Source of the DNA: an uncultured Actinomycetes bacterium
GTDB taxonomy: Bacteria; Actinomycetota; Thermoleophilia; Solirubrobacterales; Solirubrobacteraceae
NCBI GenBank assembly: GCA_963707695.1
Contig: CAVPQY010000005.1
Span: 100,050-164,049, forward strand
Reading direction: 5' to 3'
Length of the DNA stretch: 64,000 bases
Position 1 is the stretch's first letter. Every line of letters starts with the position of its first letter. A program made the translations under genes and the position numbers. This document shows positions 9,305 to 20,865 of the stretch, piece by piece. The notes under the pieces were generated by a model. It had not been told where the DNA came from. It worked only from the letters and a program-made list of their open reading frames with translations, and made no database searches.

Positions 9305-10012
9305 ATGCTCACGCGTCGCCGCTGGGGCCCGCCGTCGACCGCGCGCCGACGGGGGCGCCGCCTCGTCGCCGCGGTGGCGGTCGCGGGCGTGGCGAGCGCG
9401 GTGGGGGCGTCCGGTGCGCTGGCCGCCACGACCGTCGCGCTGTGGCGGATGGACGAGCGCTCCGGCACCTCGATGCTCGACAGCGCGCGCGGCCACACCG
9501 GGACGCTGCACGGCGGCATCAAGCTCTTCCAGCCGGGCTGGAACGCCCTCTCGGCGAGCTACCTCTTCAGCGGCTCGGGCAGCTACGTCTCCGTCCCGTC
9601 CGCGGCCGACCTCAACCCCGGCGCCGCGAACATCACGATCGGAGTCCACCTCAAGACGACGACCGCCCCGGCCTCGCCGGACTGGGACCTCGTCCGCAAG
9701 GGCCTCTACACGACCTCCGGCGGCGAGTGGAAGGTCGAGTACCAGCCGACGGGCCAGGCGTCCTGCGGCTTCAAGGGGTCCTCCGGCTACGCCGAGCTGC
9801 AGGCCGGGCCGTCGCTGAAGGACGGCAAGTTCCACTTCGTCCAGTGCGGGAAGACGAGCACCCAGATCAAGCTCGTCGTCGACGGCGTGACCTACGCCAA
9901 GTCGGCCAAGGTCGGCTCGATCGCGAACAGCGTCGCGGTGGCGGTGGGGGCGCGCCCGGGCGCGGAGTACTTCAAGGGCTACCTCGACGAGGCGAGCATC
10001 GCCGTCGGCTAG
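9305..10012 (+). CDS. Secreted LamG/concanavalin-A-like lectin domain protein
   Basis: Track ORF 9305..10012. The RR-containing signal is RRRGRRLVAAVAVAGVASAVGASGALA. The rest is Laminin_G_3-like: LWRMDERSGTSMLDSARGHTGTLHG...LFSGSGSYVSVPSAADLNPGAANITIGVHLK...KFHFVQCGKTSTQIKLVVDGV...YFKGYLDEASIAV. Confidence 0.75.
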   Translation: MLTRRRWGPPSTARRRGRRLVAAVAVAGVASAVGASGALAATTVALWRMDERSGTSMLDSARGHTGTLHGGIKLFQPGWNALSASYLFSGSGSYVSVPSAADLNPGAANITIGVHLKTTTAPASPDWDLVRKGLYTTSGGEWKVEYQPTGQASCGFKGSSGYAELQAGPSLKDGKFHFVQCGKTSTQIKLVVDGVTYAKSAKVGSIANSVAVAVGARPGAEYFKGYLDEASIAVG

Positions 10013-10019
10013 GCGGGGG

Positions 10020-10505
10020 CTACCGCCCGGCGGTCCCCAGGCCGTCGGCCGCGCCCGCGTCGCGCTGGGCGCGGTCCACGGCGACGACGACGCTGCCCGG
10101 GTCCGCGATGCCGACGAAGCGGAACTCGCTGTCGTCGGTGCCCGCCGTGTCGAAGTCCACGACCCCGACGCCGAGGACCCGCTCGAAGAAGCTCTGGCTC
10201 GTGTTCACGTTCTGCACGCGCTCGATGCGGGTCTGCTGCTCGCGCTTGGCCAGGAGGCCGCGCCGGATGTACAGGCGCTGGGACGTGACGATGTACCGCG
10301 TCGCCATCCGCCGGACGTAGCCCACCACGACGAGCGCGGCCAGCAGGACCACGCCGACGAGCACGCCGAGCCCGACCGACGCGACGAGCGCCACGAGCAC
10401 CGCGAGGACGGCGACGCCCAGCGCGCCGCCGAGGTAGAAGGCGAGCAGCGCCCGCCAGCTCGGGTGGCCCTCGAAGACCATCTGCTCGCTCGGGTGGAGG
10501 TCCAC
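10020..10505 (-). CDS. Membrane protein with bacterial PH domain (bPH_2 / YdbS-YdbT-like)
   Basis: C-terminal part of track ORF 10020..11618. It reads VDLHPSEQMVFEGHPSWRALLAFYLGG, then two TM helices, then YVRRMATRYIVTSQRLYIRRGLLAKREQQTRIERVQNVNTSQSFFERVLGVGVVDFDTAG. The start is GTG 10505, with ATG 10481 as the alternative. Confidence 0.75.
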   Translation of the reverse strand: MDLHPSEQMVFEGHPSWRALLAFYLGGALGVAVLAVLVALVASVGLGVLVGVVLLAALVVVGYVRRMATRYIVTSQRLYIRRGLLAKREQQTRIERVQNVNTSQSFFERVLGVGVVDFDTAGTDDSEFRFVGIADPGSVVVAVDRAQRDAGAADGLGTAGR

Positions 10506-10534
10506 AGGAGGACCGTACCGGTAGCGTCGCGGCG

Positions 10535-11738
10535 ATGGCGCGCGCGCCGGACCTCGAGGCCATCCGAGCCGACGTCGACGCGCTCGCCGGTCCCGGTGCC
10601 CCCGCGCGGACGTCGGCGCGCGCCGGCGAGCGTGCCGCCGCGCAATGGGCTCGCGACCGCCTCGACGCGGCCGGCGCATGCGACGCGCGGGTCCTGCCGT
10701 ACCGCGGTCGCGACGACCTACGGCTGGAGCTTCGCCGCCCACGCGCTCGCCGGCCTGGCGGGCGTGGTCCTCGGCGGTGCGCGGGGGGCCGCCCTCGCGC
10801 TCGCGGCCGGGTGGTCGCTCGAGCGCGACGCGAGCGGGCGCCCGCCCTGGCGCCGACGGCCGCCCCTCGGGCGTCCGACCGGGGCGGCGGCGCTCGCGCG
10901 CGTGCCCGCGTCGGACGGCGAGCGGCGGGCGACGATCGTCCTCGTGGCCCACGTCGACGCGGCCCGGACGGGGCTCGTCTGGGATCCGCGGGTGGTCCGC
11001 CTGGGCGCCGGCCGCCACCTGCGGCGCCGGTCCGTGGACGCGTTCCTGGGGCCGGTCGCCGGCGCCCTCGTCCTGGGGGCGGCCGGGTCGCTGGCCCGCG
11101 CGCGCGTCGCGCGCGTGACCGCGGGGGCCGTGCTCGCCGTCGCCGCGGCGCTCAACGCGCAGGTCGCCCGCGGCGCCACGGTGCCCGGGGCGAGCGACAA
11201 CGCCACCGGGGTGGCCGTGCTCCTCGACCTCGTCCGCGGGCTCGCCGCCGAGCCGCTGCCGGGGGTGGAGGTGCTCGCCGTCGCCCCGGGCGGGGAGGAG
11301 GCCGGGATGGGGGGCTTCCACGCGGCGCTCGACGCGCTCGCGCCGGAGCTCGACCCCGCCACGACGCTCGTCCTCGGGCTCGACACCCTCGGCGCGGGCC
11401 GGCCGGTCGTCGCCGCGAGCGAGGGCGCGGTCCGGACCCACCGCTACGTACCCGAGGACCTGGCGCTGGCCGACGCCGGCGCCGCCCGGGCGGGGGAGCC
11501 GGCGCCGGAGCGCTGGCGGATCGGCGGCTGGACGGACCCGGTCCTCGCGCGCCATCGCGGGCTGCGGGCGCTGTCGCTGCTGTCGATGGGCCCGGGGTAC
11601 TTCCCCGGCTACCACCACCCGACCGACGTGCCCGCGCGCGTCGACTGGGCGTCGGTGCAGGCCTGCGCGCGGGTCGCGGCGGGGGTGGTGGCCGTCGCCG
11701 CCGAGGCCCTCACAGGCCCGGCGGGTGGCGGACCGTGA
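10535..11738 (+). pseudogene. M28-family peptidase, frameshifted as sequenced (indel near 10706-10718)
   Basis: The N-terminus is in the frame of ORF 10535.. (MARAPDLEAIRADVDALAGPGAPARTSARAGERAAAQWARDRLDAAGACDARVLPYRG). The rest is in the frame of ORF 10464..11738 (TTYGWSFAAHALAGL...IVLVAHVDAA...PGASDNATGVAVLLDLVRGL...GGEEAGMGG...YHHPTD). Beyond the junction, each frame reads as Arg-rich nonsense. Confidence 0.7.
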
Positions 11739-12444
11739 ACCCGGAGACGGTGCGCAGCTCGGTCTGCCAGCGCGTCCCGGTGCCCTGGCGGCCGGACGTG
11801 TCGAAGCGCAGCCCCGCGACGGTCATGAAGGCGTGGCCGGCGTTGGCGAAGATCGTCACCCAGCGCCCGGGGCCGGGCCTCCCCCACCGGGCGAGCGCGG
11901 TGGAGTCCATCGGCTGGTCCACGAGGCCGGCTGTCGCGAGCGCGAACGAGACCGACCCCGAGCAGTCGTAGGCGGTGTCGATCCACGTCTCGCCGGCCAG
12001 GCGGCCGTGGCCGCCGCCGTAGACGTAGGGCTTGCGGGCGACCTCGTTGCCGCCGCGGATGATGTCGGCCACCCGCGCGGGCGCGCCCGGGGGCACCGTG
12101 GCCAGGCCGTCGGCGCGGACGCTGGCCGCGTCGACGAGGGCCTGCGTGGAGGCGCTCCCGCTCACCCCCAGGGCGCGACGCAGCTCGCGCGCGACCTCGG
12201 CGTCGGACGGCGCGCCGGCCGGAGGGACGGACGGCGCCTGCGCCACGGGCGTGGCCGGCCCGCTCGCGGCCCGCGGGCGCTCGGAGGCGTACGCCGACGG
12301 GTCGGGCGGGGGCAGCGCCGGGGCGCCCGTGGGCCAGGCCCGCAGGGCGGCCGACGGGCCGGAGCCCGACCCCTCCTGCGCGCAGCCCGAGGCGGCCGCC
12401 GCGAGGGCCAGCAGCACGACGGGCAACAGGACGACGCGCGCCAC
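11710..12444 (-). CDS. NlpC/P60 (C40)-like lipoprotein, putative cell-wall hydrolase
   Basis: Track ORF 11710..12597 trimmed to GTG 12444, giving the lipoprotein signal VARVVLLPVVLLALAAAASGC. The C-terminal domain reads KPYVYGGGHG...AYDCSGSVSFALATAGLV...ANAGHAFMTVAGLRFD. The start could instead be ATG 12504. Confidence 0.6.
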   Translation of the reverse strand: MARVVLLPVVLLALAAAASGCAQEGSGSGPSAALRAWPTGAPALPPPDPSAYASERPRAASGPATPVAQAPSVPPAGAPSDAEVARELRRALGVSGSASTQALVDAASVRADGLATVPPGAPARVADIIRGGNEVARKPYVYGGGHGRLAGETWIDTAYDCSGSVSFALATAGLVDQPMDSTALARWGRPGPGRWVTIFANAGHAFMTVAGLRFDTSGRQGTGTRWQTELRTVSGFTVRHPPGL

Positions 12445-12502
12445 GTGGGCAGGATGCCACGCCTCGGCGGTTGTCCCGCCCGTGCGGGGGTAGCGCCTGC
12501 CC

Positions 12503-13903
12503 ATGACCGCGCAAGACAAGCTCCTGCAGTACCTGAGCGAGGCCCACGCCCTCGAGGGTGCGCTCGTGCAGACCCTGACCGTGCACATCGCCGTCACCCC
12601 CGACGGGGCGTATCGCGACGTCCTCGAGCGTCACCTCCGGGAGACCCGTGACCAGGCGCAGGCGATCGAGCAGCGCCTCGGCGAGCTCGGCGTCACCCGC
12701 AACCCCTTCGCCCTCGGCCTCGGCATCCTCGAGGCCGTCATCGGCCAGGCCGTGGCCTTCGGCAAGGCGCCGCTGGATCTCGTGCGCGGCAGCGGCGGCG
12801 AGGAGAAGCTGCTGAAGAACGCCAAGGACGAGATCGCCTCGGAGGCGCTCGAGATCGCCACGTACGACGGTCTCGAGGCGCTGGCGGAGGCGGTCGGCGA
12901 CTCCCGGACGGCCGACCTCGCCCGCCGCCACCGCGCCCAGGAGGAGCGGGCGCTGCAGCAGCTCCGCGAGCTCATCCCGTCGCTGACGGAGGCCGTCGTG
13001 GCGTCCGACGTCCTCGGGATCGACACGTACGACGCGTCGGCGACCGGGGCGGCCGACGCCGCGCGCGCCGTCGCCCGCACCACGCGCGACAAGGCGGGCG
13101 ACGCGGCCCAGGCCGTCGAGGACACCGCATCGGACGCCACCTCGACGGCGCGCCGGACGGCGAGCCGCGCGCGCAGCGCCGCGCGCCGCACCACGTCGGG
13201 CTCGAGCTCGTCGCGGTCGCGCAGCGGCAGCGGCTCGTCGAGTCGCAGCACGTCGCGCGGCTCGGGCTCGCGCAGCTCGGGCGCCCGCAGCTCGGGCTCG
13301 CGCAGCACCGGCTCCCGGTCGGGCGGCTCGGCCTCGCGGGCCTCGTCGAGCGGCTCGTCGTCGCGCAGCACCCCGGCGCGCAGCTCCGGATCGTCGTCGC
13401 GGGCCGCCGGCTCGCGCAGCAGTGGCTCGTCCTCGCGGGCCAGCGGGTCGTCGTCGCGCAGCGGCGGGTCGAGCTCGCGGGCCAGCGGGTCGTCGTCGCG
13501 GGCCAGCGGGTCGTCGTCGCGCAGCGGCTCGTCCTCGCGGGCCAGCGGGTCGTCGTCGCGCAGCGGCTCGGGCTCGCGGAGCGGCGGCTCGTCGTCGCGG
13601 AGCAGCGGCTCGGGCTCGCGGAGCGGCGGCTCGTCCGCGCGGGCCAGCGGGTCGTCCTCGCGCGCCAGCGGGTCGTCGTCGCGCGGCAGCGGCTCGGGCT
13701 CGCGGAGCGGCGGCTCGTCCTCGCGCGGCAGCGGCTCGTCCGCGCGCAGCGGCGGCTCCGCCTCCCCGAGCACGGGCTCCTCGTCGGGCACGTCGTCCGG
13801 CTCGACGGGCACGTCCGGGTCGTCGGGCGCGTCGCGCGGCGGCTCCTCGTCGTCGGGTGGCTCGGGCGCCGGCACCAACGGGGCGTCGTCCTCGGGCTCG
13901 TAG
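12503..13903 (+). CDS. DUF892 (YciE/YciF ferritin-like) domain protein fused to a Ser/Arg/Gly-rich low-complexity tail of about 235 aa
   Basis: Track ORF 12503..13903. The N-terminus reads MTAQDKLLQYLSEAHALEGALVQTLTVHIAV...HLRETRDQAQAIEQRLGELG...AKDEIASEALEIATYDGLEALAEAVGD.... From about nt 13193 the same frame continues without a stop as reiterated SSSR[A/S]SG heptads (SGSSSRASGSSSRSGGSSSRASGSSSRASG...). Confidence 0.7.
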   Translation: MTAQDKLLQYLSEAHALEGALVQTLTVHIAVTPDGAYRDVLERHLRETRDQAQAIEQRLGELGVTRNPFALGLGILEAVIGQAVAFGKAPLDLVRGSGGEEKLLKNAKDEIASEALEIATYDGLEALAEAVGDSRTADLARRHRAQEERALQQLRELIPSLTEAVVASDVLGIDTYDASATGAADAARAVARTTRDKAGDAAQAVEDTASDATSTARRTASRARSAARRTTSGSSSSRSRSGSGSSSRSTSRGSGSRSSGARSSGSRSTGSRSGGSASRASSSGSSSRSTPARSSGSSSRAAGSRSSGSSSRASGSSSRSGGSSSRASGSSSRASGSSSRSGSSSRASGSSSRSGSGSRSGGSSSRSSGSGSRSGGSSARASGSSSRASGSSSRGSGSGSRSGGSSSRGSGSSARSGGSASPSTGSSSGTSSGSTGTSGSSGASRGGSSSSGGSGAGTNGASSSGS

Positions 13904-13928
13904 CACCGGAATCCGGTCTGAACTCGGT

Positions 13929-13954
13929 CCGCCGGCGCCCTGGGGTGCCGGCGG
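13929..13954 (+). terminator. GC-rich hairpin downstream of the DUF892 gene
   Basis: CCGCCGGC-gccctggggt-GCCGGCGG, an 8-bp stem, about 25 nt after the stop. There is no clear T-tract. Confidence 0.35.
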
Positions 13955-14026
13955 ACGCCGTTCGGGCACGGTCCGCGTCGGGACGGCCGTGCTTGGGCGG
14001 CCACCGCGACCGGGCAGCCACCTCCC

Positions 14027-14443
14027 ATGGCCCACGACACCCGCAGCGCGCCGGGCGACGTGCTCGTCGCCCTCGATCCGCGGCCGGAGGCGGGGCGGCG
14101 CGCGCGTCAGGCGCTCGTCGACGCGGGCTTGGCGGAGGACATCGCGCACGCCGTCGACCTGCTCTCGACCGAGCTCGTGGCCAACGCCGTGCGCCACGCC
14201 GACATCCCCGAGGGCGGCCAGATCATGTTCTTCGCCCACCTCGAAGGGGACTTCGCCCGCGTCGAGGTCGCCGACCCCGGCGCCGGGTTCGACCCCGACG
14301 CCGTCGATCACGGGTTCGGCCTGCGCCTGGTCGACAAGGTCGCCAGCGCCTGGGGCGTGGACGCCACGAAGGGGTGCCGGGTCTGGTTCGAGGTCGACCG
14401 GCGGACGCGGAAGTTCCGCCGCGCCGTCGGCGCCGCGCCCTAG
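14027..14443 (+). CDS. ATP-binding protein, anti-sigma-factor/RsbW-like serine kinase fold (HATPase_c_2)
   Basis: Track ORF 14027..14443. It reads AVDLLSTELVANAVRHA...ARVEVADPGAGF...GFGLRLVDKVASAWGV...VWFEV. Confidence 0.6.
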   Translation: MAHDTRSAPGDVLVALDPRPEAGRRARQALVDAGLAEDIAHAVDLLSTELVANAVRHADIPEGGQIMFFAHLEGDFARVEVADPGAGFDPDAVDHGFGLRLVDKVASAWGVDATKGCRVWFEVDRRTRKFRRAVGAAP

Positions 14444-14453
14444 CGGGCCCGCC

Positions 14454-14915
14454 TCACCAGCCCGCCGTCCCGGGGCCGCCCTTGAACGGCCCCCGCAGGT
14501 CGGCGGTGACCCAGCCGCCGTAGAAGTCGCCGGCCTGCGCCTGGACGCGCTCGTCGTCGAGCCAGCAGGCGTCCATGCGGCCGGGGTAGAACGCGACGTG
14601 GTCGCGCAGCGCCGCGTAGCCGGGCGCCGGGTCGCGGTAGGTCCACGCCCCCGCCGGGACGCTCCGGCCGCCGGCGGCGACGTCCAGGGCGGTCGCGACG
14701 CCCTTGAACTCGCAGAAGGTCCGCCCCCGCGCCTCGCGCAGGACGCCGTCGAGGACGTCGTCCGCCGGGAGGTAGAGGACCGGCGGATGGCTCGTCTCGA
14801 GGACGCGCAGGGCCCGGGACGAGTCGGCGACCACGACGCCGCCGAGCTCGACGCGTGCGCGCCTGACGGCGGGCTCGACTCGGGGTGGTCGCGGGAAGTC
14901 CCAGACGCTCTCCAT
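14454..14915 (-). CDS. DUF427 domain protein
   Basis: Track ORF 14454..14960 trimmed to ATG 14915. It reads MESVWDFPRPPRVEP...VVVADSSRALRVLETSHPPVLYLP...TFCEFKGVA...YRDPAPGYAALRDHVAFYP. Confidence 0.7.
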   Translation of the reverse strand: MESVWDFPRPPRVEPAVRRARVELGGVVVADSSRALRVLETSHPPVLYLPADDVLDGVLREARGRTFCEFKGVATALDVAAGGRSVPAGAWTYRDPAPGYAALRDHVAFYPGRMDACWLDDERVQAQAGDFYGGWVTADLRGPFKGGPGTAGW

Positions 14916-14971
14916 GACCGCTGCTACGGCGCCGGGGCCGCCGCGGCTCGTCGCTGCCACAATGTGGCCCC

Positions 14972-15778
14972 ATGAGCACCCCGACGAAGCGCGAGCGGCG
15001 GGAGACCGCGCGTCAGGCCCGCCTCGACCGCGAGGCGGCGGAGGCCGCGGCGGCGCGCCGCAAGCGGCGCACCTACCAGCTCCTCGCGGCCCTCGGCGCC
15101 GCTGCGGTCCTCGTCGTGGTCGCGGTGCTCATCAGCACGAGTGGCGGGGACAAGAGCAAGAACGCCTCGAGCGGCGGCGGCCTGGCCGGCCTCTCCGAGA
15201 CGAAGGCCATGCTCAGCGACGTGCCGCAGAGCGGCGACACGCTCGGCAAGCCGACCGCCCCGGTGACGATCTACGAGTTCGCCGACCTCCAGTGCCCGTT
15301 CTGCGCCGAGTTCGCCAAGAACAACCTGCCGCTCCTGGTCCGCGACTACGTCGCGACGGGCAAGGCGAAGCTCGTCTATCAGGACATGGCCTTCATCGGT
15401 CCCGACTCGGAGACCGCGGCGGCCGCGGCCGAGGCGGCCGCGCAGCAGGACAAGCTCCATTACTTCACCAACCTCATGTACTGGAACCAGGGCGAGGAGA
15501 ACTCGGGGTACGTCACCGACGCCTTCATCACGAAGCTCTACAACGCGATCCCCGGCCTCGACGTGGCCAAGGCCAACGCCGCGCGCAAGCGGCCGCCCGC
15601 GACGCAGGCCTTCGAGGAGCCGCGCACCCTGTCCAAGCAGTACGGCGTGTCGTCGACGCCGACCTTCGTCGCGGGCCCCACCGGCGGGACGCTGAAGACG
15701 CTCAACGCGTCCGGGTCCGACTACAGCTCGATCAAGAAGGCGCTCGACCCGATCGTCGCCGCCGCCCCGCAGAGTTGA
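14972..15778 (+). CDS. Membrane-anchored DsbA-family thiol:disulfide oxidoreductase (thioredoxin fold)
   Basis: Track ORF 14972..15778. The TM anchor is LLAALGAAAVLVVVAVLI. It also reads PVTIYEFADLQCPFCAEF (CPFC) and VSSTPTFV. Confidence 0.8.
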   Translation: MSTPTKRERRETARQARLDREAAEAAAARRKRRTYQLLAALGAAAVLVVVAVLISTSGGDKSKNASSGGGLAGLSETKAMLSDVPQSGDTLGKPTAPVTIYEFADLQCPFCAEFAKNNLPLLVRDYVATGKAKLVYQDMAFIGPDSETAAAAAEAAAQQDKLHYFTNLMYWNQGEENSGYVTDAFITKLYNAIPGLDVAKANAARKRPPATQAFEEPRTLSKQYGVSSTPTFVAGPTGGTLKTLNASGSDYSSIKKALDPIVAAAPQS

Positions 15779-15871
15779 CGTCCGGGCGGCCGCGGTGGAT
15801 CGCCGGAACGCGCGCGGGACCGCTCGCCGCACGCGTCGCCTCTCGTTCCCACCCCCTCGCCCAGGAGACCC

Positions 15872-18723
<2,852 letters not shown>

Positions 18724-18727
<4 letters not shown>

Positions 18728-19872
18728 CCGACGTCCTGATCGTCGGCGACACGCTGCGCTCCCCCGAGCTGCGTCACGAGCTGCCGATCGCGATCGGCGA
18801 CCCGTTCCTCTACGCCGAGCACGACGGGCGCCGGATCGTGCTCACCAACGTCCTGGAGGCCGACCGGCTCGCGGCGGCGGCCCCGGACGTCGACCGCCTC
18901 CTCGGTGAGGAGCTGGGCCGGGGCGAGCTCATCGCCCAGGGCCTCCCGCGCCACGAGGTGGAGCTCGAGGTCCTCGCGCGCGCGGTCGAGCGCGTGGGCG
19001 TGCGGTCGGCACTCGTCCCGCCCGGCTTCCCGGTCGCGGTCGCCGACCTGCTGCGCGCCCGAGGTGTCGAGCTGGACGTCGACCACGAGGGGTTCGACCT
19101 GCGCCGCCGCCGCAAGACCGAGGCCGAGCTCGCCGGGATCCGCCGGGCCACCGAGGCCGGGCTGGCGTCGCTCGCCGAGGCGGCCCGCGTCCTGCGCGAG
19201 GCGCACCCGCGCGACGGCGTCCTGGAGTGGGAGGGCGAGGCGCTCACCTCCGAGCGCCTGCGCGCGCGGCTGGCCGAGCTCTGCGCGCGCCTGGGCGCGA
19301 CGCTGCCCCCCGACGTCATCGTCGCCACGATGGGCCCCGGCGACGCGATCGGGCACGAGTCCGGGTCCGGCCCCCTGAAGCCCGACACGCCGATCTGCTT
19401 CGACCTGTGGCCGCAGGACGACGCCTCCGGCTGCTGGACGGACATGACGCGCACCTTCGTCGTGGGCGAGGTCAGCGACGCCGTCGGCGACCTGCACCGG
19501 CTCGTCCGCGAGGCGCACGAGCGCTCCCTGGAGCAGCTGCGGGCAGGTGCCGTGGCGGAGGCGTCCTACGACGCGGCGTGCGACGTCTTCGAGGCGGCCG
19601 GCCACCCGACGCAGCGCACGGCCAGACCGGGCGAGCCGCTGACCCACGGCTTCTACTTCAGCCTCGGGCACGGCGTCGGCCTCGAGGTCCACGAGGCGCC
19701 GCTGCTGAGCCGCAGGGTCGCGACGGAGCTCGTCGCCGGCGACGTGCTGGCGGTCGAGCCGGGGCTCGTCGTCCCGGGCCTGGGCGGGATGCGCGTGGAG
19801 GACCTCGTGCTCGTCGGCGACGACGGCGCCGAGAACCTCACCGGCGCCGCGCCGGACGACCTGCGCCCCTAG
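18724..19872 (+). CDS. M24-family Xaa-Pro peptidase/aminopeptidase P-like
   Basis: Track ORF 18724..19872. The GTG start overlaps the acnA stop (GTGA). It reads [49 protein letters not shown] and MRVEDLVLV. Confidence 0.8.
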
Positions 19873-19939
19873 CGCGGCGCGGCGAGCCGCGGCCCGGCCG
19901 CCGGGCGTCGGCCGTCAGCCGCCGGCCGCCGGCCCGCGC

Positions 19940-20329
19940 CTAGCCCTGCTTGCGCGCGATCGCCTTCGCGAGCTCGGTCTTCGTCATCCGCGAGCGGCCG
20001 CGCACGCCGGCCCGCCGGGCCCGCTCGTAGAGCTCCTGCTTGGAGTTGCCCACGACGTCGACGCCGCCGTAGGTCTCCTTGGGGGCGTCGCGGGCGCGCC
20101 GGCCGCCCTGCTCGGCCTGCGGGTCAGAGGGCCCCTTGCGGTCCTTGAGCTCCCAGTGGTCGCCGCGCTTCTCGGCGACGTGCTTGACCGCGGCGAAGGC
20201 GGTGCGGTGCGCGCGCTCCTCGGAGTCGTACTCCTCGTGGGCGCTGTCGAGGGTCTCGCTGTACGTGCGCTGGACCTTGGCCGGGGACCGCTTGATCGTC
20301 CCCGGGAGGTCCTCCTTCTTCGTCGGCAT
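19940..20329 (-). CDS. ChaB-family protein with C-terminal Rho_N/SAP-like helix-extended-helix
   Basis: Track ORF 19940..20329. MPTKKEDLPGTIKRSPAKVQRTYSETLDSAHEEY...ERAHRTAFAAVKHVAEKRGDHW parallels E. coli ChaB as I remember it. The C-terminus reads SKQELYERARRAGVRGRSRMTKTELAKAI. Confidence 0.7.
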   Translation of the reverse strand: MPTKKEDLPGTIKRSPAKVQRTYSETLDSAHEEYDSEERAHRTAFAAVKHVAEKRGDHWELKDRKGPSDPQAEQGGRRARDAPKETYGGVDVVGNSKQELYERARRAGVRGRSRMTKTELAKAIARKQG

Positions 20330-20338
20330 GCTCCCGGG

Positions 20339-20725
20339 CTACCCGTCCGCACCAGGCGCGATCCGGCGCGCCGCGAGGCGCACGGTGTCGAAGAGCGCAT
20401 CGACGTCGGCGGACTTGATCACGGCCGCGAACGCCCCCGCGGCGCGGGCCGCGTCGGCCAGCCCGTCGTCGTCGACCGCGGTGTAGACGACGACCTGCGG
20501 GGGGTCCGGCTCGGCCCGCAGCGTGTGGCACAGGGCCAGGCCGTCCTCGTCGCCCAGCCGGCGGTCGAGGACGACGACGTCGGGCCGGGTGCGGCGCAGG
20601 AGGCGCAGCGTCTCGTCGCCGTCGGCGGCGGCGCCCACCGGGATGAAGCCCGGCTCAGCGCGCAGGACCGCCTCGAGCCCCGCCCGCAGCACGGGGTGGT
20701 CGTCGACCACGAGGACCCGGATCAC
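20339..20725 (-). CDS. Stand-alone receiver-domain protein (CheY-like)
   Basis: Part of track ORF 20339..20839 from GTG 20725 (SD-like GGAAGGA is 7 nt upstream). It reads VIRVLVVDDHPVLRAGLEAVL...DVVVLDRRLGDEDGLALC...VVVYTAVDD...AGAFAAVIKSADVD. There is no output domain. Confidence 0.75.
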   Translation of the reverse strand: MIRVLVVDDHPVLRAGLEAVLRAEPGFIPVGAAADGDETLRLLRRTRPDVVVLDRRLGDEDGLALCHTLRAEPDPPQVVVYTAVDDDGLADAARAAGAFAAVIKSADVDALFDTVRLAARRIAPGADG

Positions 20726-20865
20726 GGCGTGATCCTTCCAGGTCGCCCGTGCCGGCCGGGTACGGCCAGCCCCCGGCGCAGAGCGGCGGCGCGCCGCGCC
20801 GACGTGGCGTGCCGCCGCTCCAGCGCGCGTGCGCCACATCCAAGCGACCGCCGTAGCGCGTACAG

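Noticed and set aside
12445-12502. A c-di-AMP (ydaO-type) riboswitch upstream of the NlpC/P60-like gene, as is often seen in Actinobacteria.
   Set aside because: At most 58 nt are available between the lipoprotein start and the divergent DUF892 start, which is far too short for that riboswitch. I also did not see its conserved motifs.
12502-12505. Back-to-back overlapping divergent ATG starts (CATG) for ORF 11710..12597 (at 12504) and ORF 12503..13903.
   Set aside because: This arrangement would leave no promoter space. I moved the minus-strand start to GTG 12444, which yields a clean lipoprotein signal peptide. This remains uncertain.
13193-13900. Whether the tandem repeats at 13.2-13.9 kb, 45.13-45.22 kb, 48.14-48.35 kb or 48.72-48.81 kb could be CRISPR arrays.
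   Set aside because: The repeats are contiguous, with no unique spacers. Three of the four are in-frame inside coding sequences, and there are no cas genes in the window.
12631-14040. An antisense 469-aa ORF across the Ser/Arg repeat that encodes an acidic Asp/Glu/Pro/Leu repeat protein (DDPLAREDEPLRDDDPLAR...).
   Set aside because: It has equally high third-position GC, so codon bias cannot discriminate. However, its C-terminal 200 or so residues run antisense through the well-supported DUF892 domain and read as low-complexity Ser/Ala/Arg. It also has no recognisable domain. I treat it as a mirror artefact of the repeat, though only expression data can exclude it.
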